Part shown: positions 12,466 to 28,000 of the stretch, one piece after another
Layout of the letters: each line of letters starts with the position of its first letter
Position numbering within the stretch: the first letter of the stretch is position 1
NCBI GenBank assembly: GCA_000934665.2
Contig: KZ538011.1
Location: 62,001 to 126,000 of the forward strand
DNA: 64,000 nt
Direction of reading: 5' to 3'
DNA from: Catajapyx aquilonaris
Lineage: Eukaryota
Notes under the pieces: model-generated
The model's database searches: none
Seen by the model: the letters and a program-made list of their open reading frames with translations, nothing else
Told to the model about the DNA's origin: nothing
Made by a program: the position numbers and the translations under genes

Positions 12466-13054
12466 GGCTGGCTGACCTCTGAACTCCATGTCATAAACAG
12501 CTACCAAACAACCAGGGGAATAGTGCGATGTGCGGCGAGTCAGCACCTCTGGAGACGAGTCATGGATTCCGGCTCCGTGGATGAAGAAGAGCTGGAGAAG
12601 TTCCTGGAGAACAACCCAGGGTTCGTAGAGCGATGGCTAAGCGAGAAGGCCGACCCGGAGTTCGTGTCCAGCCTGGTGGAGAAGCACAAGCAGCAGAACA
12701 ATGGAATCGGGGAGACCTCCAGCATCCAAGACTTTCCGATCATGTCCAGGTCGAAGCGCAACTCGGTCACATCCGAGCTGTTCCAGTCCTGGCTCTCATC
12801 TTCGCCCAAGCACAAGGTGTCAAGGGCCGCCTCCACCCTCGCCACCAGGATCCACCTGCTGGACGAGAACGAGATGTTCATGGAGATGATCAAGGACATC
12901 TCCAACGAGCTGGACATCGACACCCTCTGCCACAAGATACTGGTCAACGTCGGTTACCTGACCAACGCGGACAGGGGAAGCCTCTTCCTTGCAAGAGGAC
13001 CCAGGGATAACCGGTACCTCGTGGCCAAGCTCTTCGACGTCACGGTCGATTCAG
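12466..13054 (+). CDS. Pde6: Pde6 first identifiable exon (N-terminus and start of GAF-A)
   Basis: Acceptor ttttcag at 12465; ATG at 12562 ([10 protein letters not shown]...[22 protein letters not shown]...KLFDV); donor G|gtcagt at 13054. Confidence 0.85.
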
Positions 13055-16000
13055 GTCAGTGCAATCGTGACCGGATTCTTAAGCATGCTGCCCGGATTAT
13101 TCCCCAGGCATTGTATTCAGCCGACACAAGCCATCATGAGGGAATTGTTGATGATGTTGATAGTCATGTTGTAACGTCAGGTCTCATCTATAAGGCAGAG
13201 TGCCATGTACTGTATTCGAGCAGTCACTTCAAACCTTGATTGTACAAAAAGGAGTTCCGACAAGTTATGATTGAAATTTACCCTTCAGTTGGGCTGCTGT
13301 TCCTGAAATTTTAAAATGCCGTATAGCGCATCCTTCCTCAGGAAAAAAATATATTTATAATGCTTTGAAGTTACAGTGACTGGAATACAGGAGTTGGGCT
13401 ATACTTTTTATGGTATTTTACGAGCGCAAGTATGAGATGCGGTGGGCTACATCAAAAGAAATTGAAGCAAAATATTGAGCCAAGTTATGCAGTGTGTTCT
13501 AAATTGAAATGTTACCGGTTGGCTATTTTTTGGCACAAAGCTGCTTATTATCAAGCTAGCTAGTTCTAGCAGTTGTCTTAATTATTACACTTTTGTAGGC
13601 CTATTAGGTTGAATGGCTGAGTTTTGATTTGACATACTGACATCTGCTCATTTATTTTTCAAATCATAGACTCGATTGGGGGCTAATTATGTTGAACTAA
13701 CTTAATTTTCTACAGGTCTGAATTATAATTGGGAATGAGCACTAAGAACCAATGACATCAGAGAGAGGTCAAGATTCCAGTCACAATGCGCCATGCCAGT
13801 GGGCAGGACGCTTCCATTCAGCCCAATATTGGCAGCAATATTTTAGCTTCCCCTGTAAACACCTGATTACGATTACTCGTGATCATGCATAATCATTTAT
13901 CAATTGGGCGCAATTAGGGCCTCCTGTGATGGCGCATGATTACGCGAATGCTCATTTGGATAGCGACATTTAGCTCCAAGCTACTTATTAATAAGCAATT
14001 GCTGTCGTGCACTAACTTGAGTCAGAAAAAGTATTTGCTCTATTCCAGGTTGAATAGAAACACTATGAATTTCAATAAATTTATGAGATTAATATATTGA
14101 TTGGTGCCTGTTGAGATCAATGCAGGACGCCAGTCCCCAAATCAACTGATATTTTATAATATGAACGTCCAACTTTTTAAAAATAATTGGTTAATAACAA
14201 GTTCATGCCCAAATTTGTTACCTATACTGTACTACGAACACCACTATACTGTAACACAGCCTGTTGTTATTATCACATCTTAATTAAAAGCAGCGTAACG
14301 CTATAAAATGTTGCTAACTTAATGCCACAATTCAGCTGAAACGCTTCATATTACTGCTCTAGTGTGGGTATGTGTATGTGTTTAGGGGTTTTGTCCTGCT
14401 GGCTCATCATGTGTGCATAATTGAGCTTGTCATCGTTGTGCGAAGCTAAACAGGTTGGGAGTGGCATTTAAATTATTATTTTTTGGATGGGATGGTGGGG
14501 GGTGGGGGGACAGCAGCAGCAGCAGTCAGTCGATCTTTATACGCATGCACGAAACGCGTATTGATTTGTTTATGTGGTTATTGTGCAGGCGTGGTTTGCA
14601 ACTACCCCCCCCCCCTCCCTCCCTAAAAAAAAAGTTTAAAAACGCGGTCTGGCAGCCAACCGCAATATCGCCTTGAAAATTTTCAGAGAACGAGAGAAGG
14701 GGTCATGCAGCCTTAAGGTTCAGTCTTCTCGTGTAATTGCTTTTTCTGAAGGGATTCAAACGACCCGGGATGAAATACAAAAAAAAAGTGAAGAGAAAGT
14801 TGTTCCCTTCTCTTTACCCGCCATCTTAAAGAAAATTGATTACAAAACCCGGCCTTTATATTAAAAGTCAACATCTGCTTTCAAGTTGTTCGCAGGTCCC
14901 TTTTACCACGCATAGTTTGTCAAATAACGGATCAAGAAGGGGGGGTGGTCCTCCTTTTCATTACCGGCACGGACGTTTTCCCAATTACGTACCAATTAAC
15001 GTGATGCATCTCCAATGAACTGCTCAGACTCATTCTGCCTAACCTTGTTCCCCACCTTCATAACGCGATTAGAGTGACAGGGCCCCGAAATCCGAAATTT
15101 CCTTTCCCGCTGAGTTACGAGACCGGCTTAAGGCTAAAAACCTACTTTTGGTCTTCTAATTTTGGCAGACGCTGAGGAGTCGATCCAGAAGGCCAAGTCC
15201 GAAGAGCTGACCATCCCTTTCGGAGTGGGCATCGCCGGACATGTAGCCGAAAAGAAGGAAATTGTCAACATCAAAGACGCTTACAAGGTAAGGAACGTGC
15301 AAAAATAAATGCGAAAAAAGAAACTGCCAAAGTTCGTCAGCCAGACACCCGAGTCAAATGAAAATACTGTAATGGAATAATTTTCCGGATCAACGAGTTT
15401 AATTCGAACGAATCGGGAGTGATGTTCCAAGTTGGCGGCTTCCAAACTACACGTCAGGAAAGGAATTCGGACCGCAAAAAAAAGCTCCCGGATATTAAAA
15501 AGACTTTCCAGGACAATCACACCAGAATCCATCAGAGTGGGCAAATCTTTGCAAGAATATTTATTTACATTGAACTTTATGGCACAAAACCTTGGACCAT
15601 TGTAAAGTGCGATGGTTGATGAGACTGAGCAGAAGGAAGGTCTCTCCATGTGCCCAGAGGGCGCCAGCACTATCTCCTCAGACTCTTGCTGGCGGGTCGA
15701 CCACATCATTTACATTAGAATGGAGGCAGATATTTCGCGCAATAAGCCGCATAGCGCGTCTCTCTCTGTCCTGCCAGCAGCCAATGGGAGAGCAGGGCCG
15801 TGGTTTAGGTGCGGCCAAAGATAGAGCAGGGTCCCATATTATTCCCCTATGCGGTCGTCATCTGTGTAATTAAACTGTACGTTTGCAGGCATTACTTCCC
15901 GGATTAGGGGGGGGAGGACTGATGACGTAACGGAATGTAATAATCCCCGCAAAGAGACTCCGTTCAAGGATCGGTTTCCGACTTGAACCGCAGCCATTTG

Positions 16001-19000
16001 TAGTTGAAGTTGTTCGCTAATGTGTCGCTAAAAGCGAAACTCATTTCCTGATAGTTTTAGAGTTGGAAAATAATGGCTTCGAAGTTGCCATTTCGCGATT
16101 TATTTGCGGGTTGGTATTGTTACATTTACCACTAGATATTTGAAAATGTGATATTTTTTGTGACAGTAACGGACCATGGATTACACGGATTTGTGCGTTG
16201 AGCGGAGAATTTTGAATGTATTTCTTGTAGCCTCTTGTTCAGTAGTATGCAAAATATATCCGCGCAACTCTGCTGTACAGTGCACACAGGCTTCATTGCA
16301 CAGAGTATTAAATTTTCTGGCTGTGGTGTGGTGAAAATTGATAGTTTCCATTAATTTGAACTTTTAATAATAAATTCAGTGATGGAGGATGAACAGAAGA
16401 TTAATTTGAATTATGTATGATTATATCATAAGCCTGGTCGACCAGCATGGATCGTTTCACCAAAGCTTTAAAACCCCCTTAAATAATGCAAAGTGTATGC
16501 TGCTAGTAATGCATAAAATAGAGCACATTTTTGATGATTTTGTAATAACCTCTGGCACTGTTAACCTTTTAAAAAATGCAAACCCGAATTTTCATGACGT
16601 GGAATAAAGTTGGCGGTTTTCTAACCAACCTTATATCTTGACTGGTTTTCTCTCATCCGTCTGATTGCTTTTTGTAGCACAACTTGTACCGAATGAAGAA
16701 ATGCGGGACATGTGCTTCACATCATTTATACCCACCTGTATGCCTTTATTTCCTATAGAGCATTTTTTTTAAAGATGAGAATTATTTTATAAGATTTTCT
16801 CCACCAATTATCAGCAATCACCACTGAAGATGATCCCTGTCTAGACCCATCAATGAGCCTTATATTTTGTGTCTGTTAAAGTCACCCGTCAGACTGCTGC
16901 AAGCGGAAGCCATTAAGCAAGCTGCGACTAGGTTACTACGAGTTACACGATGGCATTGAGTCGATCAATGTCTGGCCCTACAGGGATCTGCATAAATTAG
17001 TAGTCTGCTTCTGGGATGCTGCTGCTTCAAGTAGTGTGCCCTAAGAGAGTGTATGGGTGCTACAGGTGGTCCCTGCACCTGCAAATGGGCTCTGGTACGA
17101 GTTGCATGTACTATATACGGGGGTCTCTCTCATGATTTAGTCAGGGAGGGTTACTTGCAGCAGGGTCAGACCGCAGGGGAGGACATGTTGGCTTTGGTCC
17201 TCCCCTTCCGACCACCGCATTTTCTATATACCCTGTGCCTTGCTGCGAATGAATTCAGGGCACCGCTTGCAGGTCTGCATAATTTAGGGAGGATCCAACT
17301 GGCGACAACGACGCCGGTGCAGCAGCAAGTCTGACCAAAAAACATACCGGGGGATGGGCACTCAAGTTTCGAGGAGACGACATCGACTGCGGGGGTTATT
17401 ATTATTTGGAGGCCCGGTTTCATGAGCGCGGGCCAAAATTTAATAACGCCGTCGGGTAATTAATGTTGCAGTGCGTCACCGGCTGGCTGTCAACATGCTG
17501 TCTGTTGCGACGCATCATTGTTGTGCCAGCTGGTGTCACCGCCTGGCAGATGCGTGGGGAGGTTTTTACGCAGCTTGGACGGAAGCATGGAGTTGTTTGC
17601 TAGTTTATTACCCGTGAACATAGGGCAATAAAGATAAATGATTTATGGTCTCGGAAAGGGAGATGTCGCATGCTTCCATGTGTTCAGAAATACTGATGGG
17701 TACGGCTTCAAAATGCTGTCTAAATAAATATGGATTTGAACGGATCAGCGACGAGGGACCAACTGTTTCCATTTTGTGACCTACTTGCCATAAAATATTA
17801 GGAAATCTCCAGCACTTTCAAATAACTGAAATTTCCGATGGAAGAAATTTTTATATGAGAAAATTATTTTCATTAGCAGCAGTAATCAATGGACAGAAAG
17901 GTCAAATCAATCATGGGAAGGACATATCGCGTGAATCACTGTAATTTCAACCTACAACTTTATTATCGTTCTCACAACCTATACTTCATAATGGACATGA
18001 TCATAAAAATTATATTATTGCATTCTTTCTCTGTCGGTATAAAAATGTATTGTTACACCCAGTTTACTTCCTCCCTGCAGCCCTCTGATTCATTCCCATC
18101 ACTGATTTCCATGTCCGAAAATGTACAAAGCGCATAAAATTATTCAAAGCGCACGAGATGAAAGGAAATGCTTCCCAGCCTTTTTGTGAATTAGCAACCT
18201 CCGGCTCTATATATATGAAATTTTGCGTGATTTTCCCGCCTCTCAGTCCTCCCATCCAATCCCTGGTCCAGTCCCTGTCCAGTCCATCCTGCTTGCTCTC
18301 AGCTTAATGGCAGGAGTAAAAGTGTTGATCTGTACCCATCTCATTTGATCGGGAAGTAATTGACGGTCCGAAAGTGAAGCAGTGGAAGTGCGCCCGAGAC
18401 CAGTCCACCCTACACCCCCCACCCCCTGAAGCACCCCCCCCNCCCCCCCACAACCCCCCCACAACCCGACCTATACACCAGCTATTGATCCCAAAGTTGG
18501 TGGGGTGGGTCGCTGCCTAGGGAAAGAGGAGGAAAGAGGGGATGTTGAATGAGCAGAGATGCTGCTGCTTTGCTTTCTGGATACTGCAGCACCATCCCTC
18601 TCGACCTCATAACCCACTCTCGCCTATATCACTTCAAACAATTTGGCTCACAAAAAATGATCTTATTGCAGTCTATTAAAAGAGGAGGGTTGCAATTAGG
18701 AGGCTTCCGTGTGTAGCTTCATTAGGATGTTGTTCATGAAACTTTGTTCTGTGTTGGATTAGAGACGGCGAGGTCTTGGTGCGGGATTTTTTTGCGGTCG
18801 TCTTGGTGACGTTTTGACGTCGTTAGTGGGAGGGAATAGTTGCTAACTATTTTGGGGAGAGGAGCGATAATGGGCACAGGGGAATAATTAGAGATGCTGT
18901 TCCACATAAGGGAACGTAATGTTTGAGTAATTAGCATAATTTTGGCTACCAAATTGCATTTGTGAAGTAGGCGCAGGTATATATAGTGCACAGGAGAACA

Positions 19001-22000
19001 TGTGGTTCTTCCTAGAGGGCATGACACAAAGTCATTATTTTAATTAATTTTTTAAGAGTAGAAGCAATCTGTCGAAAGAATCGATTCAATTGTCGAGATT
19101 GTTACTTCTCTTTAAACTGGTTGATGGAGTGAGAGATCCATAATTTATACACCTACCCACCACTTCGACTGCAGCCTCAGGCATCATCATGCATAAATGA
19201 AGCTGCAGACTACCTCATAAGCATTCAGCCAAGTGCAGCAGGCTGGGTCCATCATGCTGACCAAATTTTGCAGCGTCCTTTTGAGTACCCGACGAGGGGG
19301 GAGGGGGGCGGGTTAGTTGCTCCAAATTAACCGTAACACATTAAACCAATTCATCTCCAGCATTAAGACCCCAGGAACCTGCAAACCCACTTTACTTTTC
19401 AAGATCTGGTTCGTTTCCCGGAGTGAAGCCTCACAGGGCTGCTCATGTCGGAGTCGCCACCATTGAATTAGTTAAGCATTGCTCATCACCCCCCTTCCGT
19501 ATAATTCGGTAAAGTTCGCTAAGCCCCGGAATTTACTTCCCAGCAGCATAATCCGGGGCGTTCTGCCTGTCGTTGTCAGTCAATTAAAATGTTATGCAGC
19601 AGGATGGGAAATAAACGCATGACGCCGTTTTCGATTATTGGAGAGAGAGTGCAATGCATTATCGTGCCTGGGATGAAGGGGAAAGAAAAAAAATGGCTGA
19701 TACATTTGGAGTTGTTATGAACACAAAAAAAATTGCTATTCGTTTTTCAGATAGTCCATTTGCGTCAGGTTGCGGAAACACTGCATTGTTCATAATAAAT
19801 GGGGGAGCCAGATTCACATAAATCGAGTATTGAGTTGATATGCAAGAAGTTTGCGTCGCATTTTGCCACAAGAGTCACTTGCTATACAACAAGTGCAGAA
19901 TATTGGATTGGATGTGTCAAGTCGTATTATGAAGATTTTTTTATACATAAATCTCCTTCTTCTCTATAGGTGTTTCTGCACGTATAGGTCACCTTGGACA
20001 TTATGCGCAGTAATAATTATTCATCACATTACTTTACGGACTACGAATCATGTCGGTGAAAATGTCACATCTATTACCAAGTGAGCTGTGCAATTCCGCC
20101 ATTGGAAAAATACCTCGCCGTCAGCAGAGTGTGCCGCAGACGCTGTTCTGCATCGGTTCACTTTTGCACATGCCATATTGGACACTTTTGGCGAAATCTC
20201 ATCCCATAAAGCCTCCCCAACTCGACTGCGAAATACATATCTTGGACTAGTGCCAAATAAAGTTGATTAAAATACTCCCGCAGTTTTCAATTAGAGCTGG
20301 GTAAAGTGTGGATGAATTTATATCCCACCTAACATTTCACTGAATCGGTTCAGTTTGCACAGGTTTTTTTTTGTTGAAAAAACCTGTACTTGAAGCTGGG
20401 TTTTACAGCTGCCAGACCGTGTGAGATGAAAATTATGAATTTTTACACCTTGATTACTCGCGGCGTAATTTTCTGGAAGTCCTTTTTTTCGCTTGGGACG
20501 GCTTCAATTTCCTGATACATCTGTGGCACCGGACCTTGACGATGCGGCGTCGCCCAACAAACAACCGACCGACGCGGAGACGACGCTAAACACGCCGACC
20601 GGAAATGAATTAATTTCCAGCGTCGCTCAAGAAAAAGGTAGTCAGATCCGGATGAGATGAAGGGGTTTATGCACAGCCCGAGATTAAACCGCGAATTAGA
20701 TTGTGACCGCGGCAAAGTTGACAAATTCTACTGCACATTCAAATTCGCGAAAAGGTCTCTCTCTCTCACACACAGATTTTCGTCCAGCAGGAGAGTCACA
20801 CAACAGATAACTCCAATCAGACATCTCCAGAGGAAGAACAGTGGCTTTAGGGAGTTCCAATTAGCTCCTGGTTGATGAATCGAATTTGGAGCATAATCTG
20901 TGCTCCGTAACCGACGTCACTAATCGCCTAATCCAACCAATTACGGATTTGTTTTGCCCTTGGTTTGTAATTCAGTTCGCGGGGAGAGAGAGAAGGGTCA
21001 GTGTGGGATTTAACTAGTGTGTACAGGGTCGGCGCCAAATAAATTAAATAAAATCAACTAACGACTGACCGCATCCGGTGATTGATCCCGTTTGTTTATC
21101 CTGGGTGTAATGGCCTGAACGTAACCGCGCCTACAGTGCATAAAGCGAGCAAAATCTTTTTAGAGAGAAAATTGAAATTGCGCAGTTTTAGGCGGGCAAA
21201 AAAGTGACCATTGCCTATATCGCCTTTATAGATCTAATTATTCTGATTTGGAGGGGCGGAATGAGCATTCGTTGCAGCGTAAAGTGTAGTCAACACTCCA
21301 TTAATTAAATTCTGGGCCTCAGCGTTTTGCATCCGACTGTGACTGATGACGTGACGAGGGAAGGCAGCCCCAAAGCTTCTGAGAAACTGCTTATGATTAG
21401 CCTTTGCCGCCGTAGACGGCAGTCTCATTCGAGCCGTGGCATCGAAGAGGGGAAACGCACTTTGAAGCAATATGCAAATCACCTGCTCTGATGGGAATGG
21501 AGGTGGGTCTCTATATACTCATCTTCACCCCGCCTCTTACCCAAGCCCATCGTCGTCGTCATCCTCTTTGGACCTGGGTCCGCTCGTTATGCTTCAAAGT
21601 GTTCGTGCCCTTGCACCACTTAGCTTTTGAGCGGCAAGGGTTAATCCAGTTGAGATTTTTTTTAAAGCGGTAATGCCAAGGGTATTGCTCTTCCACGTGT
21701 GCTTGTGCGACCATTTGAACCTTGATCTAACACTGCAGACCTTGGGATGATCATGTGAATTATTATGCAAAACCAAGAGAATGTTTCGTGCTTTTTGCGA
21801 CCCCCCCAGCATCAATCATTCTTGTCATTCGAGCTCATACGACCCGCAGAATATTTGTGTCTTACAGTTCTGCCAAACGAAAATCAACAATGTGATTATC
21901 GCCGTAATGGAGGCAAGATTACGAAAACGAATCAGAGCAATTTGGTTGTAGAAATTATGCAGGAATTTAAATCCGAATAGGACGAACGTGTCGTTTGGAA

Positions 22001-25000
22001 TGGCGTCGATTTTCCGCTTATTATTTGCCCAAAAAATATGAACAGTGAGTTCACAGTTACATTTGACACTAAACTGCAGTGCACGGTATCATTACTGTAG
22101 ATATGGCTCAATATACGGATACCTGTAGTACACCTCCTGAACAGTAACGGAAAAAGGGCAGATTCTGAATGAATTATCGGAGATAATCTTCAGGGACATT
22201 AAATTTTGGCTTGGAAACTGCTTGCGCGACTGTAGGCCTATACTAGTAGACTACTATAGTGTAGTTGTAGAGAGTAATTCTCGGATGTTAACAATAGCTT
22301 GTATTTATGATTATTATGCAGTAATAAGTCTGGGACTCGCCTCTCTCAGCTATTTTAGAGCCAAAATATAGACGAGACATTAAAAGGCTGTTAGTGGCTG
22401 TTGCTATAATTGAAGTTGTGATAGGTTATTAGCATAATTTTTCTACAGCATATGTGAGAATCGCTGATGAACACTACACAACAGTACCTTATTGTCGTAT
22501 CTAAAATTTAGTAGTCATTTCCGACATATTCCGCCCTTCTCGGAAATGCGACGTAATATCCGAATATTTTGCACCACAACGTTTATGCTGGTAATGTTGA
22601 AGTGCTCCATACTGTCCGTATATCATAAAGCAGAACCTTTTTGAAACCGTCAAGTAGAAAACATAAATATGAAGTAAATTGCTGGTGCATGCACTTTACA
22701 GGTTTACAGTGCATCTCATCACCTGCGTTGGCCTTATCCGACATGATAATGACACATGAATTGTACAGCTCTGTACAATTTTTGCTGTACCAGAGTCAGA
22801 ATTTTGCAGCTCTTGTTTGTTTCTCTCAGATATTTTTATCTTTCCTCGTCGTCCTTCCCACGCAACTTTTCATATAAACATTTTTTCGACACATTTGATC
22901 CCATCGATGGAGGGGGGCAAAACATCATCTCCTTTCATCTCTCTCGCAGGTTGCTTTGCTCATTTTGTTTTCCTTTTCACGTCAGCGGCAGAAGCTTTTT
23001 GAATTTTTTCCCAGCCTTTTCTCCAGTGAACGTGTGGGCAGGCTTAATCTTAAATCCTATTTGGACTGTAATTCCATGTTGCAACTCTCACATTTTGTGG
23101 GTGTGTACATCCTGGCAAATCCATCTCATCTTACTGTTGCCCCGCATTCTCCAGGAAAAAAAGACTCGGATTTCTCTGGCATGTGTGCAACATAGCTACA
23201 GTTCCGTGCTCTCAATTTGAAGTAAAAGCTTGGCACTGTTCCCATCCAAGATGGGACGTAAACGTTGCAACGTCGCACCCTGCAGGCATTGTAGCCATTG
23301 GAAAACAATTAATGCTCCTTGCCGGAAGGAAACCAACTACAAGAAGGAGGTCTGCTGGAGAGAGAAAACTCAAACCTTCCTGCAAAAATACGCGCAAAAA
23401 AATGCAGTAAGTGTAGCAAGTAGGGGGGATTAGTTCTCTTCCCCAAATTGAAGCCAGAAGTATCTCTGAAAGGTCTCCTCGTGACCTGGGTACAAAAGTC
23501 TTATTTAGCAGGAGGTTAGACTATAGTGCGAAATTACTACTCCTGTCCCAAACTATTTGACCAGAATACTCCACACAGTGAGCCATACAAATTCCAACAA
23601 GAGGCAGGAAAGCCCTTTGAAGTTGCACTGCTGCGAACTTGCTTCCAAAATGACCCAAAGTTCCGCTGACGTAATTGCACTGCCAGTAACGACACAGAAT
23701 ATTCAACCAGGCACGTGATGAATATGACTTGTTTGTTACTAAAAAACAGAAGAGGCGGAGAATAATTTATACGCATGTGTTTTTACACGGTTGGTTGGAG
23801 GAATACAGTAACAATTTTTTTTAGTTGGGATGCTTTCCTTCATCCTTGGTATAATGGCTTGAAGCCAAAAAAAAGAGAGTTCCTTCTGTTTACTACACGC
23901 GTTTACCATGCTGCGGAGGGAAGGAAGGGTAGCCCCAAGACCCGATTATTTTTTTAACACGGTCGATATGTTTACATTATTTTCATACTTTACACTCCCG
24001 AGGTTAACCAGTGTTTACTGTTATTTTCGCACCTTTGAAGCCGTTTAAACACTCGAGAGTTCCAGTCGGATTTGAGAGCAGGTCAGGGCCGGAAAACAAT
24101 TGGGTGAAATATATTGCGGCACATGCCAAACAGATTGAAAAGCCAGCGTTGCAACGCTGTTTTTTGTTGCGTCTCAATTGGGATGTGCCGTACAGTTCCG
24201 GTTGTCGACATGCATTGTGATCCTTTCAGCGGGGATTGTTGCTAATAACACATAATTTATGATTGTGTCGTCGAAGTAAAGCTCAGTCTTTTCCATAAAT
24301 TTTCTGTCCTTTGTAAGGTTTAGGGAAATATACCTTGATTGTCGATGAACTATTGTACGAGCTATTTGGAGACTAACCAGAACTACGCATCAACCCTGCA
24401 TAAAATCATATTATCGTATGTAGCAGTATCAATAATGCACGTGTTACTGCAGGCCACGTTACTGCAACAACATCATACGTATGTCGCATTTGGTGTGGTT
24501 TGCGATAATATCCAACTGAAAAATTTATACTTTTGAACATTCATATTTGCATTTACAGGCTCGAGAGTAAACCTGAGTAAATTACAGCGGAGAGGAGGTG
24601 TGCAGTCCTTGCCAATGTACTGTACCTTACAAACCGAAATTACATCGCATGTACCGTATACATATTCATACGAAGTATAATCCTTTTTACATGATTGATG
24701 AAACGTACCATCCCAGAAAAAAATCACTATATGAACGCGGGGTTTCCTTTATGGACCACAGAAATGCATTAAATGTAGCCTACTCCCTAAAGACCATATA
24801 AAATTTTTATAGATGGATAGGTTTTCTATAGCTGTATCCAGGGGCGGTCAATACAGTCATACTTCCCCATATTGTACCATGTATGCGAACAGTACTGTTT
24901 ATTTCTGCGCAACTGCTCAAATATTTTATAGTATTGACATTACAATAACTTTCGGATGGGGAGTACCAGTGATAACGAACAAAATAACATCATGACAGTT

Positions 25001-28000
25001 GCGGCTAAAGTGGCCAGAAATCAAGATGTCATGATGCCATCATGCAACAAAAGCAGAAAAGTTTTTGCGATTTCTCCTCCATAACGACTCAATAACGAGG
25101 CCCATTTCGCAGCATTTTTTTGCACCGCACAATTATTATTCTAATCAAGACCCACTTTTTACGCGGCTGTTTAAGTGAACTTGCCATTACGTAAAAGACC
25201 TGCAAGCACACTTTCTTTTGATCATGCCCCTCTAAATTAAAGAATCGTCCTGTGAGAGAAGCAGCACTCAACGAGTTACGTCGCCCTATGTCTTCATTAC
25301 CATCCTTTATTCGCCCAGAGCCTGCTAAGCCTCACCTGTGCAGCAGCGCATCTCACTTTATCCGTTCTCTATTTTCCTTCCTTCCACAGGACCCTCGGTT
25401 CAACAAAGAAATAGACATGAAAACAGGCTACAAGACCAACAGCGTTTTGGCGACCCCAATTTGCAACTATGAAGGAGAGGTCATCGGCGTGGCCCAAATC
25501 ATCAACAAGAAGAACGGAACACAAGAGTTTACTCACCACGACATTGAGGTAAGCTCAAATATTTCCAACATGAAATCACTTCTAATTCGTGTTATCCTAA
25601 CCAAACCTTTAACCTTTCATGAAGAGTTTCTGCGAGTTTCTGTGGAAATGTCACCTTGAGAACAGAAATAGTCGCAGGCATCTTATTTTCACCCATCACT
25701 AACCATGCAGCTTTTCTGTTGAGGTAGGCTCAGCTGAAAATGGTCCAGTTGGCCGTGAAAAGCTCGGTGAAAAGATATTGATAAGGATCCTGATCTACGT
25801 CGCATCCGTGGGAAACGACATTTTCTATTCTGAGGGTGGTAGGGGGTCGGGTTGGGAGTGTTGACACAGGGGCCCCCTCCCCCCCAACGGAAATGCTCGA
25901 CTTCAAAGTGGATGGCCATCGGGCGAAGGAAACAACTTATCGGAAAGTCAATAGTTCTTCTGGGCGACGTGTGCTGCGCCTAAGTGAAGCAAAAGGGGGG
26001 CATGGGGGTGGTCCTGGACTGTCTGGATTAGGGGTCGAAGAGTCTCTTCGTCGCAGGGGACCAGTGCGGGGAAGACCAATTCGACCTAAAGTTTCGGTTA
26101 AAATAACCGAACCCCGGAGACCAGGCAGAAAGCGAGAGAGAGGAAATTGCTGGAAAAATAAAATGGGACGAGCTGAAATATGGCGATGACGTCAGAGCAC
26201 CCAGCAGGTGAAGCTTATGGCTGAGTTTTTTTCTTGTCGTTTGGCTGAACTGGGGATGATTTCCCAGAAATATCTATTCATGCGGAAACATACGCAGCAC
26301 TTGCAGAGACTTGTCATAACGAGTAGATACGCGCCAAAGAATCCTTTCATCCGCCATGGCAACCCAACTTGGCAACGAAGATTTTTCAGAGCCTGCTTGA
26401 AAAAAGGGGCGACAATAGCCACGTATCGATATGAATGTATTGCACATAAGCAGAAAGTTTTGTTCGTCTTTTATTACAGGCGGCGTCCGTTTCAGTTTAC
26501 AATATAATAACTGATGCTTTCATACTGCGCTTGTCATGAAAAATATTGGAAATTCTGGAAAGGATGGCCTCAAAACATTTAATGAAAGCTCTTACGTCAC
26601 ACTTTGGTATAGAGAATTTCGTATACTGGTTCCCCCACTTTAATTTAAAAAATAACGTCATTTTTCTCTTCCCGCAAACAGCCTGCACAGCCATCTCTTT
26701 TCACTCCATCCTAGGAAATAAACCCTCCGGGCGGTCAATTAAGAATTTTCTCGAAGGAACCATGAATCACCTTACTGTAAAAGCAGCCAAATGGAACGAA
26801 CCGAGAGAGCCGCGGACGAAATGCATTTGCATACCAACCTTTTGGGCATGATCTTGCCACGTTTGTTCAGTCACAACAGTACTCATTGTGTGTAAAAAAA
26901 ATTCACACCACACTTTAGGAAAAAGACGGATGGAAAAAAGGGGGTTTCCATTTTGTCAGACGTCAGGGCTTTAAAAGCAGCTGGCAACAAAACCGAGCTG
27001 TCAGAGCCATTAGCAGCTCTGGAAAAATAACACAAATTTGTAGGTACGCGACTCGCTCTACAGATTTGTACTTGTAAAACCGAACTGCTTCGTGCGGTTT
27101 CATCGCAGTAATTTTTTACAGGTCAAGGTCCACGTACTGTTCCTTGTCAAGCTAGACCTACTGCCTATTATTCTCTATTTTTTTCCATTTCGCCCTTGGA
27201 AAGAGGAGGAAAAGTTTTTGGAGAAAGCAAAGCGTCAATCCGTGGAAGGAAGAGATTCGATGGGAAAAGTTTTCATTGCCTTTTGTGGCGTCTTGATTAG
27301 GTCTAATATTACACCCGCCGGGAAAAGGCTAGCGGCCAACTGAATTCATTGGATTATACTAGGACTGCAATTACAACGTGCGTCACAGATTGATACACTG
27401 CAGTGGTGCAGAAGTCGGGAATGCACAGTATTATTTCAATAAACATTTTTACTTACCCTGCCGTTGCTATATTGATATGTGGTGTACATGATGTTTCCCA
27501 ATGATTCCCGAATGTTATGTAGCGGTAACGGGGACGTGAATACCAAACTGCACTCTCTTTACACAATTCATCATACACGTTTGTCTGCATCTTTAAACAC
27601 AATGTATAGATAACTGATTCATTGCGGAATAACTTCGGTCGACCTTGTGTGCTTGAGTTGCTTTGGGAACTGTATATACCACTTCTAGGTAACCTGAGAA
27701 AATGATTGCAGTTGCAGTACTGAAATCTCAAGTGACTTTTGCTTTTTGGAATTTGAAAGCTCACGATAAAAATATCCTTTGCCTCTGCTTTCAAACTTCT
27801 CTATGCAATGAGAGTGGATTCTTGGAAAGGTTTGCAGAGAACGAGCGTATTTCGCTAAAGGTCACATTCTCCTAGTTATAAACTGCTTATGGCCAATTAC
27901 ACCAGATTTCATGAAATATAAATGAGATTGGAATACCATTACGCAAGTTGTGTAATATAGTCCATCATAATTTCCGTTTTATATTTCGAACATACTCTAA

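Noticed and set aside
13055..13239. Extension of the 238-aa PDE ORF past the donor
   Set aside because: This is intron read-through. GAF homology continues in the exon at 15169.
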